DNA of 64,000 nucleotides, from assembly GCA_964591485.1 (NCBI GenBank), contig CAZQDE010000009.1:19-64018 (forward strand). Reading direction: 5' to 3'. The notes beneath the pieces are model-generated. The model was not told where the DNA came from. It saw only the letters and a program-made list of their open reading frames with translations, and did no database searches. The translations under genes and the position numbers were made by a program. This stretch comes from an uncultured Anaerolineaceae bacterium. Lineage in GTDB: Bacteria > Chloroflexota > Anaerolineae > Anaerolineales > E44-bin32. This document shows, in pieces, positions 39,207-49,103 of the stretch. Position 1 is the first letter of the stretch, and the number at the start of each line of letters is the position of its first letter.

Positions 39207-39647
39207 GCCAGCTTCCTCCCGGAGTAGATGGCCCTATTCTAACCTACCTTGCGCATATTCTTCAGGCCCAGGCATCCGGTGCGGCGACGATTAATCCCAG
39301 GAATTGGTCCACCATGGCGCCGGCTTCAGCCGTCACCTGTCCGGCTTGCGCAGCAACGCTTGCGGCAGCTGGTGCAGAGCTGTGCACCAGTCGGACTGGC
39401 CCTTTCCCCTGCGAATGGTGCCTGCAATCCGCCGGGCTGCCTGAGCCGCCAGGGTGAGCTATATTGAAGCGAGAAGGATGTTGAGGACGCGTTCGATGGT
39501 CGTGAGTATGACGAAAGCTTCCTTGGCGAGGCGGTCTGCCAGATGATGGTTCACCCAACAACAAAATCTGCCATACGCCCGCGCCGCGCCTTAACGCAGA
39601 ACGGCCACCGCAGGGGTGGCCGTGAGGCTTGGATGATGTCATCTCTT

Positions 39648-40010
39648 CTAGGCTGCGCGCGCGGAGACGCTTTCTTCCATTGGAATAGCTGGCTCCTCGA
39701 CGCGCAGGTGCGCGCAGATATCCCTCAATGCTTTCTGGTAGAGCGCCAACAGCTCCTCATCCGAGGCTTTCAGCCTCCGAAGACTCTGGCGAGCACAATC
39801 CCGGCAGCCACGCATGGCGCGGTAGGAATCGGTCTCGCAGGTCAGGCAGCCATCAATGCGGATCATCATGAGCGAGAAAGCCAGCTTCTCGGGATGATCC
39901 TCTGGGAAAGCCGACACGCGCTCCACCAACCCGCGCCAGACCTCCCCACGCTCATACCGAAGTTTCGGGATCACGTAAGTCGGGAACAAGAGTTCATTTT
40001 CCGCATACAT
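39648..40010 (-). CDS. Small hypothetical protein with CxxC-x10-CxxC
   Basis: 120 aa; CLTCETDSYRAMRGCRDC; SD GGAG upstream. Confidence 0.7.
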   Translation of the reverse strand: MYAENELLFPTYVIPKLRYERGEVWRGLVERVSAFPEDHPEKLAFSLMMIRIDGCLTCETDSYRAMRGCRDCARQSLRRLKASDEELLALYQKALRDICAHLRVEEPAIPMEESVSARAA

Positions 40011-40142
40011 GGAATGTCTTTCTCCCGAGGCTTGCTGAAAAGGCGGGGCTGGGACAACCTGGCTTCATTGTAGATTCGGCCCGATTCGCCTTGGCAGGGT
40101 ACTTTGGTACCATGCGGCGGCCTGCTCACGCGCCGGATAGGG

Positions 40143-41309
40143 TTAGACACCTCCGGTACCGTAGGCGGATGGATCGGTGGGTGTCTCGCCGGAGGGATCG
40201 AAGACGTACACATAGGTTCCAATATCCGCCCAGTTGTAGATCCAATGGGCATCGGCCGGCGAGAGGTTCACGCAGCCATGTGAGCGCGGGTAGCCATAGC
40301 CGTTATGCCAATAAGCGCCGTGTAAGGCCCGGGCTTCATCAAAGTAGAGAGACCAGGGCACGTCCTCGAGGTAGTAATAGTCCGAGCGATCCGCTTCGAA
40401 GGCGCCTTCCATGGATGTCGACTCGAGCTTCTCAAACACCTGGAACACGCCCGGCCGGGTCCACCAGCCCTTCAGGCCGCTTGAAACCAGGGTGGCGTAG
40501 ATCATTTCGCCTCCCTCGTAAACGGCAAGGGTCTGCTCGTAGAGATTGATCGAGATCCAGCGGTCGCTCTCGACACCCTCGGGGCGCTCTGGATCCGGCT
40601 CGACCTTGGCGATCAGACGTTGTTCAATCCAGTCTTGCGGGCCGATTCGATACCAGTCCCAGCCACCCACATTCCTGGTCTCGTAGACCCATACGACCTG
40701 GAAGCGGTCGAAGAAGCGCCCGGTCGCGGGCGCGTCATAGCCGGGCTCGCTACGGGACTCGGTCCGGTTCAGGATCCAGGCAAAGGTTCCGCTCGGCGTC
40801 CGGCTGAAGGCCAAGCCCCGGAAAGTGGGAGCTCCGACGCGAGCGAGTCCTTCCCCGCGGATGTAAACCCCGGGCACGATCATGTAGACCACCTTGTCGT
40901 GCCGCTCGTAGCGCTCGATCCAGGAGAAGTAGACAAACCCTGGAGGGACGGTCCGGTAGGGGTTTTCCTCCCGGAAGGCATCATCCACGCTGGTGTAGAG
41001 AGGCGTGCCCTCGTCCCGGCGCGAGCGCAGGTAATGGAAGGGCATGTTGCCCAAAGTTGGGTCGAGGGTCTTGAGCGGGAAGGGCCTCTCGGGATACTCG
41101 CCCCGGCGGGCGGAGTCGAACAGCGCAGTCCTGGCGCCGGATCGGCGGCACAGGAACGGATGGCGAAGCTGCAAGTCCAGTGGGCAGAATGCTACAGCCT
41201 CGGATTGCGGAGGGCTGGGGCTGGCATCCACGCCAGCGGAGGCCGGCCCAGCCAGGAGGCCTAGCCCCATCGAGGCCAATGTACATGCGAGCAACAGCCT
41301 CGATCTCAT
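40143..41309 (-). CDS. L,D-transpeptidase (YkuD domain)
   Basis: Signal peptide, WISINLYEQTL, TRPGVF and HGAYWHNGYGYPRSHGCVNL. Confidence 0.9.
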   Translation of the reverse strand: MRSRLLLACTLASMGLGLLAGPASAGVDASPSPPQSEAVAFCPLDLQLRHPFLCRRSGARTALFDSARRGEYPERPFPLKTLDPTLGNMPFHYLRSRRDEGTPLYTSVDDAFREENPYRTVPPGFVYFSWIERYERHDKVVYMIVPGVYIRGEGLARVGAPTFRGLAFSRTPSGTFAWILNRTESRSEPGYDAPATGRFFDRFQVVWVYETRNVGGWDWYRIGPQDWIEQRLIAKVEPDPERPEGVESDRWISINLYEQTLAVYEGGEMIYATLVSSGLKGWWTRPGVFQVFEKLESTSMEGAFEADRSDYYYLEDVPWSLYFDEARALHGAYWHNGYGYPRSHGCVNLSPADAHWIYNWADIGTYVYVFDPSGETPTDPSAYGTGGV

Positions 41310-41411
41310 AGGCAGCGACCAAATCTCAAACCGGCCATGATAGGTCCTATTATAGAGTGCCGCGGGCCGAAAGTCATCCCCCAATTGGAGCCAGCAGGCC
41401 GACCTACCGCA

Positions 41412-43205
41412 CTAGCGTTTATGCTGCACGTCTGCCTGGATCCGCGCCAGCAGCGACTCCACGCTCATCGGGCCCAGATCCTCGCCCGAGCGGAGCCGCA
41501 CGGCCACCTGGCTGCCTTCGACCTCTCGATCACCCACTACGAGCATATAGGGGACCTTCTGCAATTGCGCGTTGCGAATCTTGGCATTCATGCGGTCGCT
41601 GCTCGCATCCACCTCCACCCGCAATCCCGCCTCGCGAAGCTTCTCGGCCACCCCGTTCGCATACCCGACATGGCGATCGGCGATGGGGATCAAAACGGCC
41701 TGAACCGGTGCCAGCCAGACCGGAAAAGCCCCGGCGTAGTGCTCGATGAGCACGCCCATGAAGCGCTCCATGGAGCCAAGCAGCGCCCGGTGGATCATGT
41801 ACGGACGGTGTTCCTTGCCATCCTCAGCGATGTAGGAGAGATCGAAGCGTTCCGGCAAAACGAAGTCGAACTGGATGGTGGAGAGCTGCCATTCCCGCCC
41901 GAGCGCGTCCCGCACCTTGATGTCGATCTTCGGCCCATAGAAGACGGCCTCGCCTTCATCGATCTTGTATGGCACACCAGCCCGCTCCAAGGCCTGCTGC
42001 AAGGCGTCCGTCGGCGCCACCCAATCCTCGGGCTCTCCAGCCGCCTTCTCGGGGTTACGCGTCGAGAGGTATGCCTGGAAGTCTTCGAAACCAAAGGCTC
42101 GAAGCAGCTTCAAGCTGAAGGCCAGCACGCGGTCGATCTCCTCCGGCATCTGGTCCGGCCGGCAGAACAGGTGGGCGTCGTCTTGCGTAAAACCCCTCAC
42201 ACGCAGCAGCCCGTGCAGCACGCCGCTGCGCTCAAAGCGGTACACCGTCCCCCATTCCGCGAATCGCAACGGCAGGTCGCGGTAGGAGCGCATCCGGCTC
42301 TTATAGATTTGGACGTGGAAAGGGCAATTCATCGGCTTGAGGAAGTACTTCTGCCCCTCGATATCCAGCGGGGAGTACATGCCATCCTGATACCAGTCGA
42401 GATGGCCGCTTGTCTCCCAGAGTTGGGCTTTCCCGATGTGTGGTGAGTAGACGAACTCATATCCGCCGCGTTCATGCTCGGCCCGGCAGAAATCCTCCAC
42501 GATCTTGCGGACCATGCCTCCCTTGGGGCTCCAGAGAATCAATCCCGGCCCCACTTCCTCACTGACGGTGAAGAGGTCCAGCTCGCGGCCCAATTTGCGG
42601 TGATCACGCTTCTGGGCCTCCTCCAGCTTCCAGAGATAGCGCTCGAGCTCTTCCGGCGTCGTCCAGGCGGTACCATAGATGCGCTGCAACATGGGGCGGC
42701 GTTCGTCCCCGCGCCAGTAGGCCCCGGCGACATTCAGCAGCTTGATGGCATCGGGGTTAAGCTGGCGTGTATTCTCCACGTGCGGGCCGCGGCAGAGATC
42801 CACAAACTGATCATGCTTATAGATCGAGAGCTCCGGCGTCTCATCGAGCGGGTTGCCGTGCTCGTCCATCTCACCCCTTTCAAGGTCATCGATGAGTTCC
42901 AGCTTGTAGGGCTGGTCGGCGAACAACCGGCGCGCCTCCTCCGCGGAGAGCACCCTTCGTTCGAAGGGATGGGCCCCGCGGATGATTTCCCGCATGCGTC
43001 TCTCGATCGCCTCCAAATCCTCAGGGGTCAGAGGGCGCGGGAGATCAAAGTCGTAATAGAAGCCATCTTCGATGGCTGGGCCGATGGCGATCTTGGCTTC
43101 GCCCGGGAACATCTCCATCACAGCCTGCGCCATGACATGCGCGGCTGAATGGCGGATGCGGTGCAAATCTTCCTCCTGAGACTCTTCCTTCTTGCCCTTC
43201 GCCAT
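41412..43205 (-). CDS. thrS: Threonine--tRNA ligase (short form lacking N-terminal TGS domain)
   Basis: RHSAAH, DLCRGPH, RDHRKLG, KPMNCPFH, RVRGFTQDD and FYGPKID. Confidence 0.97.
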   Translation of the reverse strand: MAKGKKEESQEEDLHRIRHSAAHVMAQAVMEMFPGEAKIAIGPAIEDGFYYDFDLPRPLTPEDLEAIERRMREIIRGAHPFERRVLSAEEARRLFADQPYKLELIDDLERGEMDEHGNPLDETPELSIYKHDQFVDLCRGPHVENTRQLNPDAIKLLNVAGAYWRGDERRPMLQRIYGTAWTTPEELERYLWKLEEAQKRDHRKLGRELDLFTVSEEVGPGLILWSPKGGMVRKIVEDFCRAEHERGGYEFVYSPHIGKAQLWETSGHLDWYQDGMYSPLDIEGQKYFLKPMNCPFHVQIYKSRMRSYRDLPLRFAEWGTVYRFERSGVLHGLLRVRGFTQDDAHLFCRPDQMPEEIDRVLAFSLKLLRAFGFEDFQAYLSTRNPEKAAGEPEDWVAPTDALQQALERAGVPYKIDEGEAVFYGPKIDIKVRDALGREWQLSTIQFDFVLPERFDLSYIAEDGKEHRPYMIHRALLGSMERFMGVLIEHYAGAFPVWLAPVQAVLIPIADRHVGYANGVAEKLREAGLRVEVDASSDRMNAKIRNAQLQKVPYMLVVGDREVEGSQVAVRLRSGEDLGPMSVESLLARIQADVQHKR

Positions 43206-43230
43206 ACCACACCTCCTTTAGGCTCCTTTA

Positions 43231-43263
43231 ACACAACTCTCCCGCCCTTCTGGGGCGGGAGAG
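43231..43263 (-). terminator. T-box intrinsic terminator
   Basis: CTCTCCCGCCC-N5-GGGCGGGAGAG (11 bp) followed by TTGTGTT. Confidence 0.8.
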
Positions 43264-43482
43264 GCTCTCTCGCGGTTCCACCCAGATTGATCCCCTACAG
43301 GATCCTCTCTGTCAGCCGATAACGGGGCTGGCCCGGTCCCCATACTCAGCCGCGATCGCAGCGGCCTTTCCGGTTTCCGCTCACGGGTGGTTTTCGCCAG
43401 TGCGACCTGGCGGCAGCTCTCAGTCTCTGGCCGCCGCTCCCTGTCAGACCTGCCTGCCGGCTACTCGTCCCGGTCTGGGCGT
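43231..43482 (-). promoter_or_regulatory. T-box riboswitch (Thr) leader of thrS
   Basis: T-box GGGTGGAACCGCG at 43283-43271, specifier GAAAACC with ACC at 43391-43389, CCCGTTATC stem IIA/B motif, and stem I GAGTAG/GAGAGC motifs. Confidence 0.9.
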
Positions 43483-43501
43483 TTCCTGCGATTCAGTTGA
43501 G

Positions 43502-43575
43502 TGGGCGGTATTGGACTCGAACCAACGACCTTTGCGATGTCAACGCAACGCTCTAACCAACTGAGCTAACCGCCC
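43502..43575 (-). tRNA. tRNA-Val(GAC)
   Basis: GGGCGGT/ACCGCCC acceptor stem, D-arm TAGCTCAGTTGGTTAGAGC, anticodon arm TTGCG-TTGACAT-CGCAA, and TTCGAGT T-loop. CCA is not encoded. Confidence 0.96.
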
Positions 43576-43584
43576 TCGCAAGAG

Positions 43585-43613
43585 ATTATACAGACCCGCG
43601 GGCGATTTCGCAA
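43585..43613 (-). promoter_or_regulatory. Sigma70 promoter of tRNA-Val
   Basis: TTGCGA (43613-43608), 17-nt spacer, TATAAT (43590-43585). Confidence 0.8.
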
Positions 43614-43805
43614 TGGTCGCGGGCTCCGGACGCCCAGCCTCTCCCACCCGCGCCCCTCAACCTGCTTAGGACCACTTCTTCATGAGAGTAATCCACCCCG
43701 CTTCCCGCCGCGAGGCCCAAGCGCATTGCATCCGCGGGGAAGTCCGCCATGCGTGCAGCGCGCAACGCGGGTACACTACGTCCGGACCCGCCTCCTGGAA
43801 GCTCG

Positions 43806-44942
43806 ATGACCGACGACCCGCTTGCGCGCCTCGAAAGCATGCTAAAACCCTGGCACACAGCCATCCAGGATCCGGCAGCAGCCCAGGCGGAGGTTCTCAA
43901 GCAACTCCTGGCCAGCTACGCCCAGACCGCCTACGGCCACCAACACGGGGCGCCAGGGATGCACTCCCTGGAGGAATTCCGCGCCGGTTTTCCGATAGGG
44001 AGTTACGACAGCTTCCGGCCCATGATCGAGCGGGTGCTTTCCGGAGAGGAGGAGTTGCTGCTCTGCGAACCGGCGGTTGGCTGGGCTATCACGCGCGGCA
44101 CCACCCAGGGCGAGTCCAAATTCATCCCGATGACCCGCACCGATCTGGAGATGCGCGTCAGCGCTGGACGGGCGGTGATGAACTTTGTCTTCACCGAGGG
44201 ACGTTTCGATTTACTTCAGGGCGTAAATCTAAATCTCAACTTTCCCTCCCGGGCCGGGACCCTCCAGATCAGGGAGCGCACAGTCAGCTACGGCTATAGC
44301 TCTGGCATTTACGCCAAATTCGTCTCCGAGCGCACACCCATTCGCTCGCTGCCCACCCAAGACGAGATCGATGCGTTGGGTGGTGGCAAATCCCTCCGGG
44401 ACTGGGAAGCGCGTTTTGACCTGGCCTACCGGCGCTGCAAGCGCGAGAACGTCACGCTCGTGGGCGGCGTAGTAACAACTGCGCTGCGCTTCGGGCGCTA
44501 CTTGCGCCGTGAACACAGGGTCTATCCCAGGCACCTCTGGAACGTGCAAATCATGACTCTGGGGAGCCTTCCCGGCATCAATACCCGCCTGGCGCCCTCG
44601 CTGAGGGCCCTGTATGGTCCCGCGGCCATCCGAGAGATATATGGTGCCACCGAGGGGATGTTCGGCCAGCAGATGGACGCACGACGGGCTTGGGTCCCCA
44701 ACTACGATCTATACTTCCTGGAAGTGCTGACCCGCCGCGGGGTCAAGATGCTGCATGAGATGCGGCCGGGCGAAGTGGGCAGTCTGGTGGTCTCCACACC
44801 TGTGCTCCCCCGCTACCGCATCGGCGATCTGATCCTCGCCGTCCGTCCACCCTATTTCCGCTGCATCGGCCGTGAGCGCTGGTGGACGCCGTTGCGCTAC
44901 ATCTGGGGGGAACTCAACACCCTGAATCTGGGCCGGTTATGA
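43806..44942 (+). CDS. GH3 auxin-responsive family (acyl-acid amido synthetase-like) protein
   Basis: TRGTTQGESKFIP, YGATEGMFG, LVVST and RYRIGD. Start could be 43749. Confidence 0.75.
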   Translation: MTDDPLARLESMLKPWHTAIQDPAAAQAEVLKQLLASYAQTAYGHQHGAPGMHSLEEFRAGFPIGSYDSFRPMIERVLSGEEELLLCEPAVGWAITRGTTQGESKFIPMTRTDLEMRVSAGRAVMNFVFTEGRFDLLQGVNLNLNFPSRAGTLQIRERTVSYGYSSGIYAKFVSERTPIRSLPTQDEIDALGGGKSLRDWEARFDLAYRRCKRENVTLVGGVVTTALRFGRYLRREHRVYPRHLWNVQIMTLGSLPGINTRLAPSLRALYGPAAIREIYGATEGMFGQQMDARRAWVPNYDLYFLEVLTRRGVKMLHEMRPGEVGSLVVSTPVLPRYRIGDLILAVRPPYFRCIGRERWWTPLRYIWGELNTLNLGRL

Positions 44943-44961
44943 GACCTGAGTTGAAGAGACG

Positions 44962-45414
44962 CTAGCGGCGCGAGATCAGCCCCCGCAAGAGAATCATCAG
45001 GCCAAACCCGATCAGCAGAATGGGCCAGATCAGGCCCCAGCCGTAAGTGTCACCCAGTCCAAGACCCAGGAAGATCAATCCCAGGATAAGCGTGCCGATC
45101 ACGGGTCTGGTATAGGTTGGCAGGACGAGCCGGGCGAGCACTTCAATCAACAGCAGCGCGCCGGCCCCCGTCAACACCCAGGACCACGGCCCCATCCGCG
45201 CTGGCAGCGGCATGGCCTGCATAAGACCCAGGTTGGACGCCAGGAAGACAACCCCAGCCCAAATCAGGATCAGGGCCCAGATGACCGCCCCCAAAGGATC
45301 GCGGGACCACTTCTCGTCCCAGCTTTTCTCTTCCCTCTTCTCGTGCTGCTTCTCCTCGGCTTTCTCCTCCACCTTCTCATCCGGGTAATTCTTCGATTGC
45401 ACAGGTTCGGTCAT
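44962..45414 (-). CDS. Small membrane protein (LiaF/DUF5668-like)
   Basis: EKxEEK repeats, then four TM helices; ends WPILLIGFGL. Confidence 0.65.
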   Translation of the reverse strand: MTEPVQSKNYPDEKVEEKAEEKQHEKREEKSWDEKWSRDPLGAVIWALILIWAGVVFLASNLGLMQAMPLPARMGPWSWVLTGAGALLLIEVLARLVLPTYTRPVIGTLILGLIFLGLGLGDTYGWGLIWPILLIGFGLMILLRGLISRR

Positions 45415-45557
45415 GGTTCTCCCTCCTCGCCGGGGTTCCACCCGCTAGCATCCGAGCCCGTCCGGTGCACGCCTTTGCCGCTCACCTTGAGAAGCCCGCA
45501 GCCTTCATCATACCCTTGAATCCGTCACTTGCCGAACGCCGATATCCTGGCGGCTCG

Positions 45558-46976
45558 TCAGCGCTGGAAGATGACATCCGCCGGCATGCCGGGCTTGAGC
45601 TTCCCTTCGGTGCCTTTCAGAGAAAGCGTAATGGCATAGACTGTAGTTTGCCGCTCCTCCTGGGTTTGCACATTGCGCGGCGTGTATTCGGCCTCATCGG
45701 CGATGCGGATCACCTCCGCCTCGAAGGTTTCATCCGGGAAGGAGTCCGCTCTCACTTCCGCTCGGTCCCCAAGATGAACCTTTCCATATTGATTCTCCGG
45801 CAAATACACCGTGATGCGCAGGTCGGTCAGGATTCCCAGGGTGATGCCCACAACCCCCGGCTGGATCACCTCGCCCGGATCCACGGTCCGGACCAAGATG
45901 GTCCCATCGATCGGTGCGCGGATTGTCAACCTCTGGATCTGCTGTTCTATCGCACTCCGAGCCGCTTGAGCCTGCGCCAGATTCTTCTCTGCATAGGCCA
46001 CCTGGGCTTTGGCTTGTGCCAGGGCGGCTTCGGCCTGCCCGACTTGAGCCTCCGCCTGGGCAAGCCCCGCGGCTGCGGCCTGCACGCCAAGGGATTGATC
46101 GCCGGCAAGCAGGGCATAGTAGCCTAGCCGGGCTTCCTGATAGCCATCCCAGGCTGCGGCCACGCGTGCCCGGGCCTCAAGCAGCGCATCCGCCTGCTCC
46201 TCAGTCAGGACCTGTTCGTAGGCCTCCTGAGCCTGCTGAAGCGCCAGCCTGGCGTCCTCGTAGCGCTCCTCGACTTGATCCCGAAGCACACCGGCTTCCA
46301 AGCCCTCAATCGTCCGCCGGCGCATGGCATCCGCCAGCAAGAAGGCCTGGCGCGCCTCTTCGAGCGCCATCTCTCGCGCCAGCGCCTCGGGCCCAAGGGC
46401 TTCAAGATCCTCCTCCAGCGCGCCCTCGGCCGCCTCCAAGGCATCTTTCGCTGCCTGCAGGCCACGTTCGGCGGCTTGGAGCTGCTCCCCCGGCGAGAAA
46501 TACCATGCCGGCAGATCGAACTGCCAGGGCACGGCCTGGTACCAGCGGGCGCGCCGCGAAGGCGCCTCCTCCCCCAGCGCCGCGGCCAGTTGCAGCTCCA
46601 CTTGCAGCGCGGCCGCCTCCCGTCCGGCCTCCGCCGTCTTCATGGCCGCCTCGGCCGCTCCCACCGTGGAGCGGGCTGCCTCCAGGCCCGCGGCGGCTGT
46701 CTCTTCTGCAGCGATCGCCTGCGCCAATTGCGCCTCCAGCGCCGTCCCCTCCAGACGGAAGAGGGCGTCGCCGGCCCGGACAGACTCACCCTCCTCCACG
46801 AAGACCTCCGCCACCAGCCCTGGAAGCTCGGACGATACCGATATCTCCGGGGCTTCGACCACTCCAGAAGCGCTTAGCGCGGGCTGCTTCTCACCACCTA
46901 AGCTCGCGCATGAGGCCAGAGCAGCAGCCATTGCGACCACCCAAAGCCCGCGACACAGCCTCCTCAAAGCAAGCAT
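45558..46976 (-). CDS. HlyD-family efflux adaptor lipoprotein
   Basis: Lipobox LASC, biotinyl-like VEEGESVRAGD, long Ala/Gln coiled coil, IRAPIDG and AEYTPRNVQT. Confidence 0.9.
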   Translation of the reverse strand: MLALRRLCRGLWVVAMAAALASCASLGGEKQPALSASGVVEAPEISVSSELPGLVAEVFVEEGESVRAGDALFRLEGTALEAQLAQAIAAEETAAAGLEAARSTVGAAEAAMKTAEAGREAAALQVELQLAAALGEEAPSRRARWYQAVPWQFDLPAWYFSPGEQLQAAERGLQAAKDALEAAEGALEEDLEALGPEALAREMALEEARQAFLLADAMRRRTIEGLEAGVLRDQVEERYEDARLALQQAQEAYEQVLTEEQADALLEARARVAAAWDGYQEARLGYYALLAGDQSLGVQAAAAGLAQAEAQVGQAEAALAQAKAQVAYAEKNLAQAQAARSAIEQQIQRLTIRAPIDGTILVRTVDPGEVIQPGVVGITLGILTDLRITVYLPENQYGKVHLGDRAEVRADSFPDETFEAEVIRIADEAEYTPRNVQTQEERQTTVYAITLSLKGTEGKLKPGMPADVIFQR

Positions 46977-47000
46977 TCCGACCTCCTAGGCCCATCTCTT

Positions 47001-47960
47001 TTACCGGGATGGCTTCCCGCTGCGCATGCAGGCGATGAAGACATCCTCCAGCGAGGGCTCTATCCTCCGCAAATCGAAGACTTGCAAGCCAGCCGCCGCC
47101 AGCTCGGCGGGTATGGCTTCCGCTCCGGCGGCGTGATCCACCAGCCAGATGTGCAGCAATGCGCCGTAGAGTTCGACGCTCTGGATGCCCAGCCGCTTCA
47201 TCCGCGCCCGCTCGCGCAGGAGCTCGTACGCCCGGGTGCTATCCGAGACAGCCGCCTCGAACACGGCTCCGTGCATCATATCCCTTTTAATCTCCTCCGG
47301 TGAACCCATGGCAATGATTTCCCCACGCTGAAGGAAAGCCAGCCTGTGGCAATGCTCGGCCTCATCCATGTAGTGGGTTGTCACAAATACCGTGACGCCC
47401 CGCTCCACAAGCTCATAGAGCAACTCCCAAAACGCCCGCCGCGAGAGGGGATCGACGCCTGCTGTGGGCTCATCCAGAAAAAGCACCGAGGGGTCATGAA
47501 GCAACGTCGCGCCGAGCGCCAACCGCTGCCGCCACCCCCCGGAGAGATCCCGAGTGATCATGCGCTCGAGGCCCCTCAGGCCCGCCATCTCAATGGCCTG
47601 GCCCATACGTTCCTTTAGCCGCTCGCCACCCAGGCCATAGGCCGTTCCATAGAACCGCAGGTTCTGCTCCACCGTGAGATCCCGGTATAGGCTGAATTGC
47701 TGCGACATATACCCGACCCGCGGGCGGATGGCGGCAGGGTCTTGAACGACCCGAATACCCAACACCTCAACCTCTCCCGATGAGGGCTTCAAGAGCCCCA
47801 GCAGCATACGGATGGTCGTCGTCTTTCCGGAGCCATTGGGGCCCAGGAAGCCGAAGATCTCTCCGCCGCGCACGACGAAACTCACGCCCTTCACGGCCAT
47901 GAAATCACCGAATTGCTTGGCCAACCGCTCGGCTCGAATAGCGATCTCACCCGGGTTCAC
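47001..47960 (-). CDS. ABC-2 efflux ATP-binding protein
   Basis: GPNGSGKTT, LSGGWRQR, LDEPTAGVDP and TTHYMDEAE. Confidence 0.93.
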   Translation of the reverse strand: MNPGEIAIRAERLAKQFGDFMAVKGVSFVVRGGEIFGFLGPNGSGKTTTIRMLLGLLKPSSGEVEVLGIRVVQDPAAIRPRVGYMSQQFSLYRDLTVEQNLRFYGTAYGLGGERLKERMGQAIEMAGLRGLERMITRDLSGGWRQRLALGATLLHDPSVLFLDEPTAGVDPLSRRAFWELLYELVERGVTVFVTTHYMDEAEHCHRLAFLQRGEIIAMGSPEEIKRDMMHGAVFEAAVSDSTRAYELLRERARMKRLGIQSVELYGALLHIWLVDHAAGAEAIPAELAAAGLQVFDLRRIEPSLEDVFIACMRSGKPSR

Positions 47961-47969
47961 ATCGCCCTC

Positions 47970-49103
47970 TCAGTTCAGCGCCCGCCGCACATAGCGCAAC
48001 GAGGCGCCCCCGATGACCAGTCCCAGGCCCACCAGGGCAGCCGCGTGGGGCCAGAGCACATCGATTCCGCTGGCCTTCAGCAAGATGCCGCGCAGGATGG
48101 CCAGCCAATGGTGGGCCGGCACCAGGTTCGCAGCTTTTTGCAGGATCAGGGGCATGGTTTCCACCGGGACGGCATAGCCCGTGAACATGAAATCAGCCAT
48201 GCCAACCATCATAACCAGCAGGAAAGCCTGATGCTGCGAGCGGGCGAAGACCGAGATAGCCAGCCCTTTGCTGAGCTCGACCAAAACATACCCCAGCGCC
48301 AGGATCAGCAGCAGCGCCAAGGACCCACGCAAGGGCACACCGAAGACCATGTTCACCATGCCGAGCATCAGCAGGAAGTCTGTGAAACCAATCAGCATGG
48401 CCGGAATGGCTTTGCCGATGATGATCTCCAGCGAGCTGAAGGGCATCACCAGGAGTTGCTCGAGGGTGCCGAGTTCGCGCTCGCGGGAGATGGACAGAGC
48501 CGCGAATATCAGCACGGTGAATTCAAGCATCAGGCCCAGTTCCGCCGGGGTCGTGTACAAGGCTTCGCTGAGAGATTCGTTAAACCATACCCGCAGGCTG
48601 GGAAAGAAACTCTCCAGCTGCTGGCTGTCCAGGCCCACTCGCTCGACGGCAATGCGATCCCCCCAGGAGCGAGCCACACCTTCGATCGCCCGGCGCGCTG
48701 CCGTTGCAGGAAGGCTCTCGGCCCCGTTCAGCAGCACCGCCACGACGGGTCGGCCGGAAGCACTGCGGACTTGCTCGGCAAATCCTCTGGGAAGGATCAC
48801 GGCGGCGTTGATCTCGCCGCGCAGCAGCGCGGCCTCGATCTCGGCCTGATCGTCGACCCATTCGGGCGCACGGAATGTGCCCGTGTTGCCCAAATCCACC
48901 ACGAAGGCGCGGCTGGCTGCGCTCCTGTCGCCATCAAGCACCATCAGCGGCAGATTCGTCATCGGTCTGGAGGTCGCCCAGCCGACGAGCACCAATTCAA
49001 TTGCGCCGCCCAGCAGCATGAAAGCCGGCAGCCACCAATCCCGGCGCAGGTGGATGAACTCTTTAATAGCAAGCGAAGCAATTCTACGCAGCGCGGATCG
49101 CAT
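47970..49103 (-). CDS. ABC-2 efflux permease (YbhR-like)
   Basis: KEFIHLRRD, WFNESL and RERELGTLEQLLVMP. Confidence 0.9.
   Translation of the reverse strand: MRSALRRIASLAIKEFIHLRRDWWLPAFMLLGGAIELVLVGWATSRPMTNLPLMVLDGDRSAASRAFVVDLGNTGTFRAPEWVDDQAEIEAALLRGEINAAVILPRGFAEQVRSASGRPVVAVLLNGAESLPATAARRAIEGVARSWGDRIAVERVGLDSQQLESFFPSLRVWFNESLSEALYTTPAELGLMLEFTVLIFAALSISRERELGTLEQLLVMPFSSLEIIIGKAIPAMLIGFTDFLLMLGMVNMVFGVPLRGSLALLLILALGYVLVELSKGLAISVFARSQHQAFLLVMMVGMADFMFTGYAVPVETMPLILQKAANLVPAHHWLAILRGILLKASGIDVLWPHAAALVGLGLVIGGASLRYVRRALN

Noticed and set aside
39300-39580. Protein-like minus-strand frame with an internal stop (LADRLAKEAFVILTTIERV...LAAQAARRIAG)
   Set aside because: It may be another remnant, but I recognise no family and it has no start. 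A blastx search is needed.
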